64,000 bases of DNA from Ramazzottius varieornatus (Eukaryota > Animalia > Tardigrada), in assembly GCA_001949185.1 (NCBI GenBank), contig BDGG01000008.1:1776761-1840760 (forward strand). The letters are read 5' to 3'. Both the position numbers and the translations under genes were made by a program. Under the pieces are notes generated by a model. The model made no database searches, had not been told where the DNA came from, and worked only from the letters and a program-made list of their open reading frames with translations. Each line of letters starts with the position of its first letter. The first letter of the stretch is position 1. Of the stretch, positions 52,817-64,000 are shown piece after piece.

Positions 52817-53442
52817 TTTTGAGCTGCTTAATGCGGTTCCCGCGTTTCAAAAATTTGTAGGCGCTAAGCAAAATATTTGTAAAGCTTGAAAAAGTCTTAA
52901 TGGTGACCACTGTTTGATTATATGAGGCTGCCAACTCCGTTGTGACGGAATCAAGGGACAAGAAGGCTAAGGCTTCGCTGATTTCCTTATCAGAAAATAA
53001 TGTCTGGTTTACTGAGGTAGTTGACTGAGATACAGTATTTTCGTAGACCCTTATCACCAAACGTACTGCGACCGTGTATACAAGAACAGGCGATATCCAC
53101 TGTTACCCTTTGAACCCAGAGCGACCCTTGCCGTCTACCAGAGTAGGGTTTGTCACTGCCGGGAATTTACCATATGCAGCCAATGCAAGTTCTTATCGAG
53201 AATCTTGGCGGGGATGTAATCTGGGTTTTCATCCGTGTCTGGAACGAGTTTTACCAAGGTACTGCACTATCGGTGTGTACGACACTTTTCTTGTTCCTGA
53301 TTTGGTTCGAAATTTGTAGTCCATGCGGTTTGAGTAGCTTGTATTTACAGTGCGTCGTTACGATGCTGGTGCTGAAACTGAGGACTATTCAAAGAAACGT
53401 ATTACGAAGGCAGAACAAAAACGAAATGCGTCATCCAGACAC

Positions 53443-54688
53443 CTATTTGGTTCCGGTGGCGACCTGAGCGGCGTGTTGCTGTTCGACAGCGGTGGCGGGC
53501 ATACCCGAAGCAACCTTCTGTGCATCGGTTTCCTTGTTGTGTTGATGCAGCAAGTGTCCGCCAAGGGCTCCAACTCCGGCTCCAACAGCAGCACCTAACG
53601 GTCCCCCAATAACTGCTCCTGTGGCAGCTCCGGCCAGAGCCCCAGTCTTGGTACCTGCTCCCGATCTTTTGACACGTCCTTCCTCAGCCTTCTTTTCCTT
53701 CTGGTGTTCATGCCCAACGAGGGCACCAGCCACGCCACCAACAGCGGCTCCGACGGGTCCCGCTGCCAAACCTCCAGCGGCAGCCCCGACGGCAGCACCG
53801 GTCTTGGTTCCAGCACCCTCCCGTTTGGCTCGCGCAGCGGAAGAGCCGTTGCCGGAGCTGGCGTGTTGCGAGTGGGTGTCGCCAGGGGTAACGTTGACGT
53901 TGCCGTGGTCAGTACCAGCTGTGGAACCAGCTCCCTCACGCTTGGCTCGGGAAGCAGAGCTGGCATCGGCGACGTTACCGGTGGTATGCTGTTGTTGGGT
54001 GTTTGTGTTGTGGCCGTGAGTGTCAGAATGGCCGGCGTTGGTGTTGGAGTGGCCGGTACCAGTCGTGGAGTCAGCTCCTTCACGCTTGGCTCGGGCATTA
54101 GCATTAGCGTTAGCGGCATGAGTCTCAGCATGGTCGGCTTTGGCGTTAGCGGCAGCAGCCTGCTGTTGAGCTACCCCGGCTTTGGTGTCGGTTTTGGCCA
54201 TCTCGTGTCCAGCGATACCGCCACCAACCGCCCCAACTGCAGCTCCTATAACAAGACAGCCCCAACAGTTACACCTTCGTATGACTTGTATTACGAATGC
54301 CCGCTCTACAGTGTACAGAAAGACGTGTGCAGTCTTACCTACGGGTCCTGCGACCAATCCTCCGGCTAAGGCTCCAGCGGCGGCGCCACCGACGGTGCCT
54401 CTCTCGTGTCGTTCAAGAGGAGTACACTCTGCAAAGAGAATGAGCTACTAAATCGGACCTATAACTATGCAAAAGCATCTCAAAGGATTGCAGGCGATGC
54501 AACGAGTGGAGAATTATTGTTGAGAACACGTTTCTAGCGAAACTTAATTCTCCAGAATTTTCAGTGACCACTGTTCACTGAAATCGAGAGACATGGGCAT
54601 ACTGTATGGTATATACTTTAAGGGATATAGACTTACGGACGGCGACTGCCACGAGACCAAGAAGAACGCATATCCTTAGGGATGCCAT
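53443..54688 (-). CDS. Secreted glycine-zipper polyprotein E with five R-x-x-R processing sites (exons approx 54688-54637, 54428-54339, 54248-53443)
   Basis: Spliced: MASLRICVLLGLVAVAVQCTPLERHER|GTVGGAAAGALAGGLVAGPVGAAVGAVGGGIAGHEMAK...RAKR|EGADSTTGTGHSN...RAKR|EGAGSTAGTDHGN...RAKR|EGAGTKTGAAVGAAAGGLAAGPVGAAVGGVAGALVGHEHQKEKKAEEGRVKR|SGAGTKTGALAGAATGAVIGGPLGAAVGAGVGALGGHLLHQHNK...GTK*. Confidence 0.85.
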
Positions 54689-55570
54689 GGTCGAGTTGGG
54701 TAAGATTCACAGCAGAAAATAAATGAAGAGAAAGCAGAATTCGGGAGGAAAACTTTTTTGGTGCAAGACCCGAAAACAAGCGCCGACTTTTTGTAGCAAA
54801 CCAAGGAATTTACCGTCAAGGTCTAAGACTCATACTTATGGGAAAAATGATTGAAGGTACGATACGCCTCGAATCGTCGCGATAACAGGCTGTATCAGAC
54901 AAAGAATCGGACCTTCAGAACTGATAGCCGGGACAGCCCAGGAAAGCTCTGCTCTGAGGCGTAAAGATTTCTATCTCTTGGTCATTCCATGTGGAGAAGT
55001 GCATCGCGCAGCCGTATACTTGCAATGTTTCCTCACTTGGGAACAAAGAAGACTTCAGGCTCAGGTCAAACAAAGAAGCTGTCTAACAAAGTAGTCTGAC
55101 CACTGTCCGAGTGAGTGTACAGTGTTCACATCAAGCTTCGTTTCATATCACTGTCAACGAAAGTCGGGACATCAACGATCTTCCGTTTGGCCTGTGTCAT
55201 CGTTCGATGGGGGATTTTTCCCGTCGGTTCCCGCGAACTCAACCAACTTCCCTTGTTTACTACAGCCGATGACACACGCTGTTTGTTTGCACTTTCACCT
55301 CTTACTCATGAAAATTCATACAATGTCCAACAGTGATCGCCGGAAAACTAGTGAGGAAAACACAGCACAATCACAGAACAGAAACAAAAAAATACAGTAC
55401 TGCAGCAGCAATGTCAGTAAAACCAAACACCAAAAGCGATCGCGCGAAAGAAGCATCGGCTTCTCCGTCACATCAGCAAGCCGAACTGAAAGAAAAAACT
55501 GCATGAAACGGGAATCACATGAATGTACAGTAAAACGCGTTAAAAGAATTAAACAGTCAATTAGAAAAAT

Positions 55571-56599
55571 TTAAAAGCGAACTAGATCCAGGTCAGTTTG
55601 ATCGACAGCTTCGTCAATGCTCTGGAACACACTCCCCCCTATTTCCGTCATCAGCTTCTCGCTTTGCATCCTTTCCTCCGCCGTCTCGGGAAGGACCACT
55701 TTCAGGATCACCGTCTTGATGGCCATCGCGATGTCATGGGCGCTGAAGGGCTTGTACAGCGGGGGAACGTGGATGAAGAGCGTAGCATTGGGGTTGATTC
55801 GGAGGCTGGTGTAGTAGATGAACTCACAGAGGTACCGGCCGGCGTCTGTGGACAGCTGGCACACCGGAACGTTGCAGTAGTTTGTGTAGGACCTTGCGGA
55901 GTTGGTTGTCCACGTGTGACACTTGTCCACGCAAACATTCGTGGACAGGCAGCGTTCTTCCTCGTCCGAACAGTACCGTCCACCTTCTGGAATCTGACAT
56001 TCCACATCTGAAACACAGGAATCTGTCGACACATACAAAGACTGCAAAGCTGTGAATCTGCCACAAAGGCAACGGCCGAGATTTGCCTATCTGTGACGCA
56101 GCACGCAGTAGGCTCAAGGCCTACACATGAAATTCTCCTAGTAGGAATTTGTAGCGGTGACATGACATGATATGCCACGACATACCAGCCTTACCTGGTC
56201 TATGATATCCGTGACTGTGCGCGTGGCGTTCAATCTGAATGGCACTCTTCCATGCCAGCAAGGAAGAAACACCACAATGGATGACCAGATCGGGATCGTA
56301 CTTCTTCCAGAGTTCAGGAACGATCGTGGTGACAGCCGAGTAGGCTACAGGAATTTCATGGATGATGAGATCGACTTGCTCCGTCAAGTCGTTGATGGTC
56401 TTCAGCTGCTGCACTGCTTCCCAGCTGGCATTGATCGAATGCTCTCCTAAATCCACGTTCAAAAAGCTAAAGGATTCCAAGGAGGTACGGAAAAAAAGGG
56501 CGACTTACCGAATGGTCCAAATCCAGTGACAAGAACACAGGGTTTAGCGGAACGACTGGTCTGACGCTCGATGCCATTTTCTGCCCGGATATCTCCCAT
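55571..56599 (-). CDS. PGPEP1: Pyroglutamyl-peptidase I (peptidase C15), 3 exons
   Basis: VLVTGFGPFG|EHSINASWEAV, PDLVIHCGV, catalytic Glu (IQIERHA), catalytic Cys (STDAGRYLCEFIYYTSL), catalytic His (FIHVP). Confidence 0.93.
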
Positions 56600-57194
56600 C
56601 CTTGCTTCACTTCCGTCGTCCACCGACCACACTGTTGGTTCCGGAAAGAAGCTGCTCGATGCACAACTGACAAAAGTTGATGCTCGAAGTAACATAAAAT
56701 ACGCAGCTGGTAGTGCTGGTTAGTGATGAGACCGATTCCACGTGCAATAACCCAGCTCAGGGCAATAAAAACGTAAACATATTGCTACTCAGATAAGCAA
56801 AATTGAAAATTCGATGCTCATCAATACTGCGCTGCAGTAAATTATCCCCATCGGAACTGAGTGCAATGCTACGCATTGCTGAGGTGGAAAAATACGCATT
56901 TGATGAACCATGCGGCCACACCAATCTAGTACCCCCAATCAACCGGTTTCTCGTGCGATGCATTGGTCGACCTCGAACACCTTTGTCGGCTTGAAGTACG
57001 AGTACCCTAAGGGAGATAACGTATCTTCATTTCCGGGGACCTTTTCAGTTTCGATGTTGAGGGTAATGTGGAAACATGAACAATGGGTGAGAACGAACAG
57101 CTTGCAAACTGACACGTGCAATTAAATTAAGAGGTCGATGTATTTCCATCAAAACGCCGACATAAGAGATCGATTTCCAACTTCGAGGTAGCGG

Positions 57195-60100
57195 TTATAG
57201 TGTTCGAAGAAGCGATGAAATGGTAAATGAAACCGAGAATATCATACAGGAGTTTACTAGGATCATGTTCCTTCCAGCTCCACTGATTGTGACACGAAGA
57301 ACCTCCACTGGTTCCGCAGCTATCGTCACATCGTTCTGCATGCCATAGATATCGGTAGCGTCGGCGATGACATCAGACTGAGGCTCGACGGGTTCCACTG
57401 GGCGGTTGATCGATACTGTGGTGGTTCTCATGTCCGCTGTGGTCTTGGTCGATGCCGAACTGGCTTCCACCCGTCTTCGGTAGCACTGTTGAGACTTCCG
57501 GGCTGGACCGATGCAGGCGGAGTAGGCCATGACGTATGCGAGTGCGTTTTGTTCCATGACGCCGTTCACCAAATGAGCCATGGGTCCTTGCGAGTAAGCG
57601 AGAACGTCTTCGCCGTCATGGGCAGCTGATGAAGCTGGGACTGTGCTTTGTTGCCTGTAGTGCTTCTCCTCTGTAAAGCAAGATTGTTGCACAATGCACA
57701 GGATTTCTAGAAAATAACGGATGTTTGATTTGCGCCGTACTTATGGGCTTCTCGGTTATATTTTCTCGGCCTTCCGAAGACTGTACAAAACCAGGCCCAA
57801 CAGCGTACATGAGCGTTGTGTACGGTTTGGCGTCGACATCAGACCGAGTTCCCGCTAGGTCTGCAAAGTCCGGGAAATATTTGTCAGCAGAAAGATTCTG
57901 TCTTTATGGTTCGTTATGTGGACCAGCCTTACCTAAAATGGGGTGCCCGCGATTTGAGTAACCTAAAGAGAAAAAAACTTTCATTTGTAGTATAGGGAGC
58001 TTTGAGAGGCAGCCAGGCTTGCGATCTTCCTGCGGGATGCAATGGCTTACCGGAAATGGCAAGCGAGTGAGCGTGATCAGCCGTGACTAGAGATCAGAAA
58101 GTTCATGGGTAGTTGTGACAATCTCGAGAAAACACCTCACGACTAGGTCACCGTGGGTTGTAATATGGTACTGACCGATAACCAGAGTGTCCTCCAAGTT
58201 GATCATTTTCATGGCCGTCGAGACCGCGCTCGAAAATGCTATGGTGTCCTCCAGGGCGTAGCGTGCATGGTTCTCATGATGGGCGTGGTCGATCCTGCCG
58301 CCTTCCACCATCAGGAAGTATCCCTTCTTGTTCTTCTGGAGGATCTTCAGCGCGGTATGCACCATGCGGGAAATGGAAGGCTGACCATCAGGGCCAGTGT
58401 CGCGATCCGAATCGTATTTCATGTGGCTATGGTCGAATAGCCCTAGACAGTGAAGTTTTAATGTTCCTCAGAAAACGGACATTCCGCTTAACACTTAAAA
58501 GGCCACGCAATTCCAAGCTCTGGGAGTACAAGGGGAGGGGGAGGGGTAGATCACCTTCCAGACGAAATCTGGCCAAAAACGGAAAACTTTCTGGAAATTT
58601 CCAGAACGCTTCCAACTAGTACCCGTCTCCTTTGATTAGTAGGAAAAAAGTTTCTGAAAGCAAAGGTGGAAATCCGAGGCGAAAAGGTTCAACAAGAACC
58701 ATTCTGCAGGGTAATTAGGGTGCGCCAGGCAACCGGGGTACCCCCTTGGTCTTTTAAGTGTTAATTGCCACCATTAATCCATTTAAACGTGGGCGTACTG
58801 GTACCCGGCAGAAAGCTCATAGCCTGTTCTTACCAAGAAGGTAATCGGTTTCTTCAATGTCAATGTCGTTGAATTCGTCATTTTTATGGACGTAGTTGTA
58901 GGCGAAATTTCTTTTAAATTTGTCAGCGACCCAGTCCTCGACCAAGTTCCGTCCATCCGAACGCCGCCCTGTTCGATTGGCGTACTGAATGTCGGTCAGG
59001 TCCTTTGGGAAAAAGTGACGGCGCCCTCCTCCTAGGATCACCTAGAACAGAAATGCGTAACGTTTTGCGAAAATCAGCCTACTTGAGTTTGGGTTTATCC
59101 GTTACCTTGAGATCTCGACCAGGAAGTTCCTCAACCAGCTGCTTGGCAATGTCTTTACAAGCGCCATGGCCTTCAGGGATAGCGCTATCGTCTTCCCAAT
59201 CTCGGTCAGCTGCATGAGCGTAGAAGGCCGCCGGTGTCGCGTGCGTGATCCTCGTGGTCGTTACAATCCCCGTGGACTTCTCCGCTTCCTGCGCCCATCG
59301 CAGAATATTGGACAGCTTTGAGCTGTTCGTCACTGTCGAACAGTTAGCCAGCAGCACCGAGTCATCCAGGCCCAGTACTCGTGATTTAGTTTTCACACCG
59401 GAAGCCATTGCCGTGGCGGTACATGCCGAATCAGGAATTTGCTTATTCGTACAGTAGGTCTGTCAAAGTAAAATTTGAATAATATTCGGGTCGTATTCCG
59501 AGATTGCATCTTTGATTCGGACTAACGTACGTAGGTTTGGAATGGTCTCTTAAGTTATAAAGTGGGCTTCTCAACAAGTGTAACCTTGTACGAGTGGGTA
59601 CTCGGACACTCACCTTGATCAATGCAGTGTGATCCAGCCTTTCGTATGCCAGATGGTTTTCCTCACCCTTACCGCCGTGTAACTGACCGTCAAGAATGCG
59701 CGCTGCCGTCGTGGTCGCCATGCTGAGTCCGTCACCGATAAACAGGATGATGTTCTTGGCTATCCGAGTGTTGATCTTTTCTTGAAGGTGGTCCTGTATC
59801 AGGGTTTCTGCTTGCTTCTTCCAGAAGTCGGCTTCTATGCAATAGGAAAAAGCGTCTGGTTAAGGCTTCGCCCCCTGTATGTCAGAGAATCGAAGGTGTA
59901 AATTTATAGTAGGAGAAATAACCGGTAGACAAGACCTCCTGAAACGTCCGAACGCTCTTGGAAAGTTGAAACTTAAATAAACGAAATGTCACGCCCCGTA
60001 CAATCCACATTGCGCGTTCCACAAACCAATAGACTTCTAAAATCAATATGCTCAAAAGTAGCGAGCTTCTGGATAATCTTTCTGGGACGAGAGCTCGAAC

Positions 60101-60216
60101 AAGGTTTCCATGAATATTAGTCATACGCACGATTCAAACGTACCCTGACTTCGAACAGGATTTCTCAGCAAAGACACCCAGACAGCAACCAGCAAGATAA
60201 TCCATTCTTCCTTCAT
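57195..60216 (-). CDS. Alkaline phosphatase, signal peptide plus C-terminal hydrophobic (likely GPI) tail, multi-exon
   Basis: Signal MKEEWIILLVAVWVSLL. Motifs: AKNIILFIGDGLS, active-site PDSACTATAMASGVKT, TGIVTTTRITHATPAAFYAH, ILGGGR, FLMVEGGRIDHAHH, TADHAHS, HDGEDV, GVMEQN, YSACIG. Confidence 0.95.
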
Positions 60217-62447
60217 ACTCAAGGAAGCGTAGGGTGAGAGCAAATCAGACAGCAGATCGCGGTTGACGAACCCTTTGAGAAAGATTCTACCGGTCCACCG
60301 CTTACATACGACTGAAGATGCGATTATTGATAAATTTATTTCCACACGCACAAAGTGAGGTAAAAGACTTTCCGCTGAATTCGCCGGACCATCGACAAGG
60401 AGCGGTTGGGTCAGAGGAAGCTGCTCTTCAAGATCTCGTGATGGTAAGACAATGTAGGAGCGCCCTCAGATTGACAAGCAAGTGTCTGTGTAATGAGATT
60501 GACAATGAGAAAAGAGCAACTTGTTATGCGAGATGGTATCGCTTTGTTAGACACTCACAATGGCGCAACAGTTGAGACCAGCCGTTGGACCATACTTTGC
60601 AGGACGTGGAAACTGTCTAAATGATGGACAACTACCCGTGACCATTACACTTTATTTTTCCAATACATAGTCACCACTTGAGAGGAGGCAGATCGCAGTT
60701 CACTAGCCGCGATACTCGAGCCACGACTAGGTGTCACGATATGATACGGTATCGTGTTCCCTGTTACATTACTCGGTTAGGCGGCAGCAACGGTAACAGA
60801 GACCTATAGTAATTCATAAGGCAAATTTATCAACACACACTACCTGTACTTCGTCAGATCAAACGAAGAGCAGTGTGGTTCTACTGATTCTGAAAAAAAT
60901 TATCCAGGTACAGTTTTTCCTGTATTTAGCCGGGGTGATCTTAAGCGCGCTGAACATTTTGATTGATTTGTCTGCAACCCTGAACTGAGCTGCCTTGTGA
61001 CCAGGGCTAGACAATCTGTCCGCGCATGCAGACGGTACCTGCCGGAAGACAACACCTGACTCTCTTGGTTGGTCAAGGTGAATTCAGTACATACTCGTTC
61101 TGCTCATTACCGTGATTTCTACGCGGTTGAAGGCCTTTGGTCGGCTGTGGTATTGGATCTCGCGCTTCAGCCTCGAATTGGCATGATAGGTCTGGGCAGA
61201 CTGTGCGAGCTACGTCACTACAGTATCCTGGAACTTGTGCCTGCAATGGTCCTCGAGAGCCCAAACGCACGCTTACGCTTTTCGGCGTCTCCGAAGACAG
61301 CTCGAATGTTACGATAAATTATAAACAATAACGGACAAATTTCGTACTGCATAGGACTTCGCCTTTGACCGAAAAGCCGCGATGGAATCTGGTGCGAAGA
61401 GGGCAGTGATGAGGCCACTCTGCACTCTTCCGGTCTCGCATCCCCACAAACACGTCGCACTCCCCCGCTCGTCAACGCTCCGCTTTCGAGACGAAGAAGC
61501 GCCTGCAACATCTCGAAAGCTGTCTGAGAAAAACTGCGGATCTGTAATTTCAAAATCAGAGTTTTCTGTCGAAACTCAGTACAGTAATTTTGTTAAAATA
61601 TCAGTTGATATCTCAGTTAAATATCTTCCCGATCGGTTCCAAACAGGACAAGATCAAATTTTTCGCTTTCTGAAATATTAAACGTTAATCTAACGAGAAT
61701 GCCCCCACAATTTTCGGAATTTCAAAAAACAATTTCTGAAGATCTGTAATTTTTACGATCTCTCGGCAACATTGGAGTATCGGCGGGCCAATTTGCGTAC
61801 GAATGACTGCCAGTCAAGTCGTTCAGGAAACGAGTTTGAAGTTTTAGCACCCCAGGGGCTTTTTGTAACTGCTGATGTGATAACATGAAAAAGACATCGA
61901 GGAACACGAATCTGAAGTCAGATCTGATTTCTGACCAGCGGCGTCACCATGACGTCACACAGCACGAAAATGTTTGGGTAGACGTTCGACATCAAGTCAG
62001 AAAAGGGTCGTTCGGAGTCAAAAAAAATCGTACGCAAATTGGCCCGCCGATACCCATTTATTGCGCGTCTGCAACTGAGCAGTGGGCAGAGTAGATAAGT
62101 AAGGCGGGGCTAGTTTGGGAAGTACGGAGCGGAAACAAGAAGAAAAGTATCTTTAGTCTGCCAATCAAGATTGTTCAAGTCACAGGTCTTGTTCCATGAT
62201 TGGTCGTTTGCGGATATTCTTTAATTTCATGCCCCGCTTCATATGATATTATCTGGCCACGCCTTACTGATCTACTCTGTCCACTGCTCAATTGTTCATG
62301 GTGTCTCAAGAGAAAACTGCGGATTTGCAAAGTTTGCAGCCCCGTCCGGCCAATCTCCTACGTCCTTTATGAGACCGTATCTCGGTATAATCGGAAGTAA
62401 AGTACAACGCACGATAGGTAATTATGGGACAGGCCTTTTCGCCACGG

Positions 62448-62829
62448 TATAGCCACTTTTAATAATTCAAAACGCCGCCGTGCCCGCCACGAGTGCACGT
62501 ACATGGTCTGTATCAAACCAGTGTTGTACGACGGCGTACGTTTCTGTGCCAGCAAGCACAGCGCACAGACAAAGTTGCCTACAATCTAGGCAAGTTGCAC
62601 TGAGGGAAAATCCCGGAAGAGCTTGCCAGAGTGCTGTGTGAGTCAGCAGTTTGCGGCGGTATGGGAAGCTCTTTCGGGCACCAGTCCAAAAACTGCGAGC
62701 ATGTATCAGTCAGAGCGATTAAACGATCGCATACGAGCCTTGTACGTCATCCTAAACAGGCGTCAGGCGTGCTGATACGTCACGTTCTGAACAGCCAGTC
62801 AAAAAATCAGCCTAATAAAACCGGCTATA
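62448..62829. mobile_element. hAT-like non-autonomous insertion inside a MITE (host MITE 62402-62890)
   Basis: Imperfect TIR TATAGCCACTTTTA / TAAAACCGGCTATA with an 8-bp TSD CGCCACGG / CGCTACGG. Removing it restores the 49133-type MITE sequence. Confidence 0.7.
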
Positions 62830-62890
62830 CGCTACGGCGATACGGAAGCACGTACGTACCGGTACACGACCGATTCGCACTATAAATGTA

Positions 62891-64000
62891 CTGTACTCCC
62901 GCGATACACACGCCATACTTCCCTCTGTATTAGGAAAAGTAGTACTGCAAGTAAAAAAGTACCGTAGCGTTAACTGAGCTGATTGTCTGATCAGCTTGTT
63001 CTTTTGACCTGTTGAATTTCTGTTTTCTGTGTTTCCGGTGAAAGAGTCTGAACACTGCTTTACTTTGGTATCCTCCCTTGAACTCTACCTTTTTTGCCTA
63101 TCATAATGGGGACATTTAGAACCCGCTCGGTGTACAGAGTATCGGAAGCTGTAAGGAACTTGAGAGCTATGGCGGAAAGCGGGATGTCGATGTGGTCTTA
63201 CGCGAAGGTGGTGAAAATTCCAAGGACAACGATCAGAGATTGGAAGTGAGTGACTTCGATGATCAAATATTTTGAAATGGAGTTGTCTCTTATGATGACA
63301 ATATTTCAGAAAAAAGCTACCGGAAGGAACTTTCAAAGGCCGCAGAAAACTCATGTTTCAAGATGTGGAAAAGCGAGTGTAACACGAGGTGATCAAGACT
63401 AGAAACGTCAGCTTACCTGTACGCGACTCCGACCTTCGAAAGTGGGCAGCGCAAATCGCGAAAGATTTGAACGTGAAAAATTTCAGGGTATCAAACGGTT
63501 GGATATATAGCCTGAAGAAGCGATACCGTCTGAGTTATCGGGCAACAACAAAAGTGAGCAGAAAAACGACGAAGACGGCAGCGGATGAGGTACAACAATA
63601 GTTTGCTTTTGTACCAAAATCTTGATGTTCTGTCAGGCTTTCTTATTTTCGAAATTTAAACGTTTAGCTGAAGATCTGTTCTTACAGCTTGAAGAACATG
63701 TCTTCATGGAACGCGTAGAGGAAATTGTTGGCGTAAACAATACTCATCCTAGCCGGATCATCAACTTCGACCAGACAAGCGTTCTTCTGCAAAATACTTA
63801 CGGGAAGACGTTGTCTCCTATTGGAGTGAAGCAAGTGCACGTCATTCAACCTCCAGGGGAAAAGGAACGGTTTACTGTTGGGCTTGCTGTAACGGGAGAC
63901 GGACAGAAGTTTCCTGCTGCCATCGTCTTCAAAGGCGGCGTGAAGACTGGACAGTTGTCGGCGAACATTCTAGGAAAACTGAAAATTCCTGATAACGTTC
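62891..64000 (+). mobile_element. Degenerate pogo/Tigger-type transposon (CENP-B-type HTH plus start of DDE_1 domain), truncated by the window end
   Basis: LPVRDSDLRKWAAQIAKDLNVKNFRVSNGWIYSLKKRYRLSYRATTK (HTH_Tnp_Tc5-like), then RIINFDQTSV...GEKERFTVGLAVTGDGQKFPAAIVFKGG. In-frame stops lie upstream. Left end TA|CTGTACTCCCGCGATA. Confidence 0.88.

Noticed and set aside
53595-54369. Overlapping ORFs 53704-54369(+), 53621-54019(+) and 53595-54131(-)
   Set aside because: Alternative-frame shadows of the Gly/Ala-rich polyprotein E, with no independent signal or motif.
41592-54688. Bacterial contamination or a recent bacteriocin operon insertion
   Set aside because: The genes have spliceosomal introns, Sec signal peptides and furin-type sites rather than double-glycine leaders. 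No transporter or immunity genes are present. Ancient horizontal transfer is not excluded.
5863-60216. Whole window as a coordinated immune island (TEP, chitin binders, peptides, P450, alkaline phosphatase)
   Set aside because: The genes are separated by a long TE-rich block and housekeeping genes. I saw no convincing shared regulatory motif.

Overview
Eukaryotic (invertebrate animal) genomic DNA with short GT-AG introns. The compact introns and gene content are compatible with a tardigrade-like ecdysozoan, but that assignment is inference only. Recognisable genes: 3' part of ARPC2 (+), an NKAIN homologue with a long C-terminal tail (-), a complete thioester-containing protein of the TEP/CD109/alpha-2-macroglobulin family (+), two paralogous secreted single-CBM14 chitin-binding proteins with Gln/Gly-rich tails (-), an intronless class A GPCR with altered activation motifs (+), a clan-2 cytochrome P450 (-), pyroglutamyl-peptidase I (-) and alkaline phosphatase (-). 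The middle (about 21-38 kb) is a transposon graveyard (FLYWCH-MULE, DIRS/Ngaro-like gag relic, hAT-type and other MITEs), and a degraded pogo element runs off the right end. The most notable feature is not visible in the ORF track and appears only after manual splicing. It is a 13-kb minus-strand cluster (41.6-54.7 kb) of five small genes with one architecture: signal-peptide exon, phase-1 intron, short propeptide ending in a furin-type R-x-(K/E)-R site, then a bacteriocin-like glycine-zipper hairpin peptide. One member is a polyprotein with five processing sites. It is a candidate secreted antimicrobial or pore-forming peptide system. All exon boundaries were read by eye.
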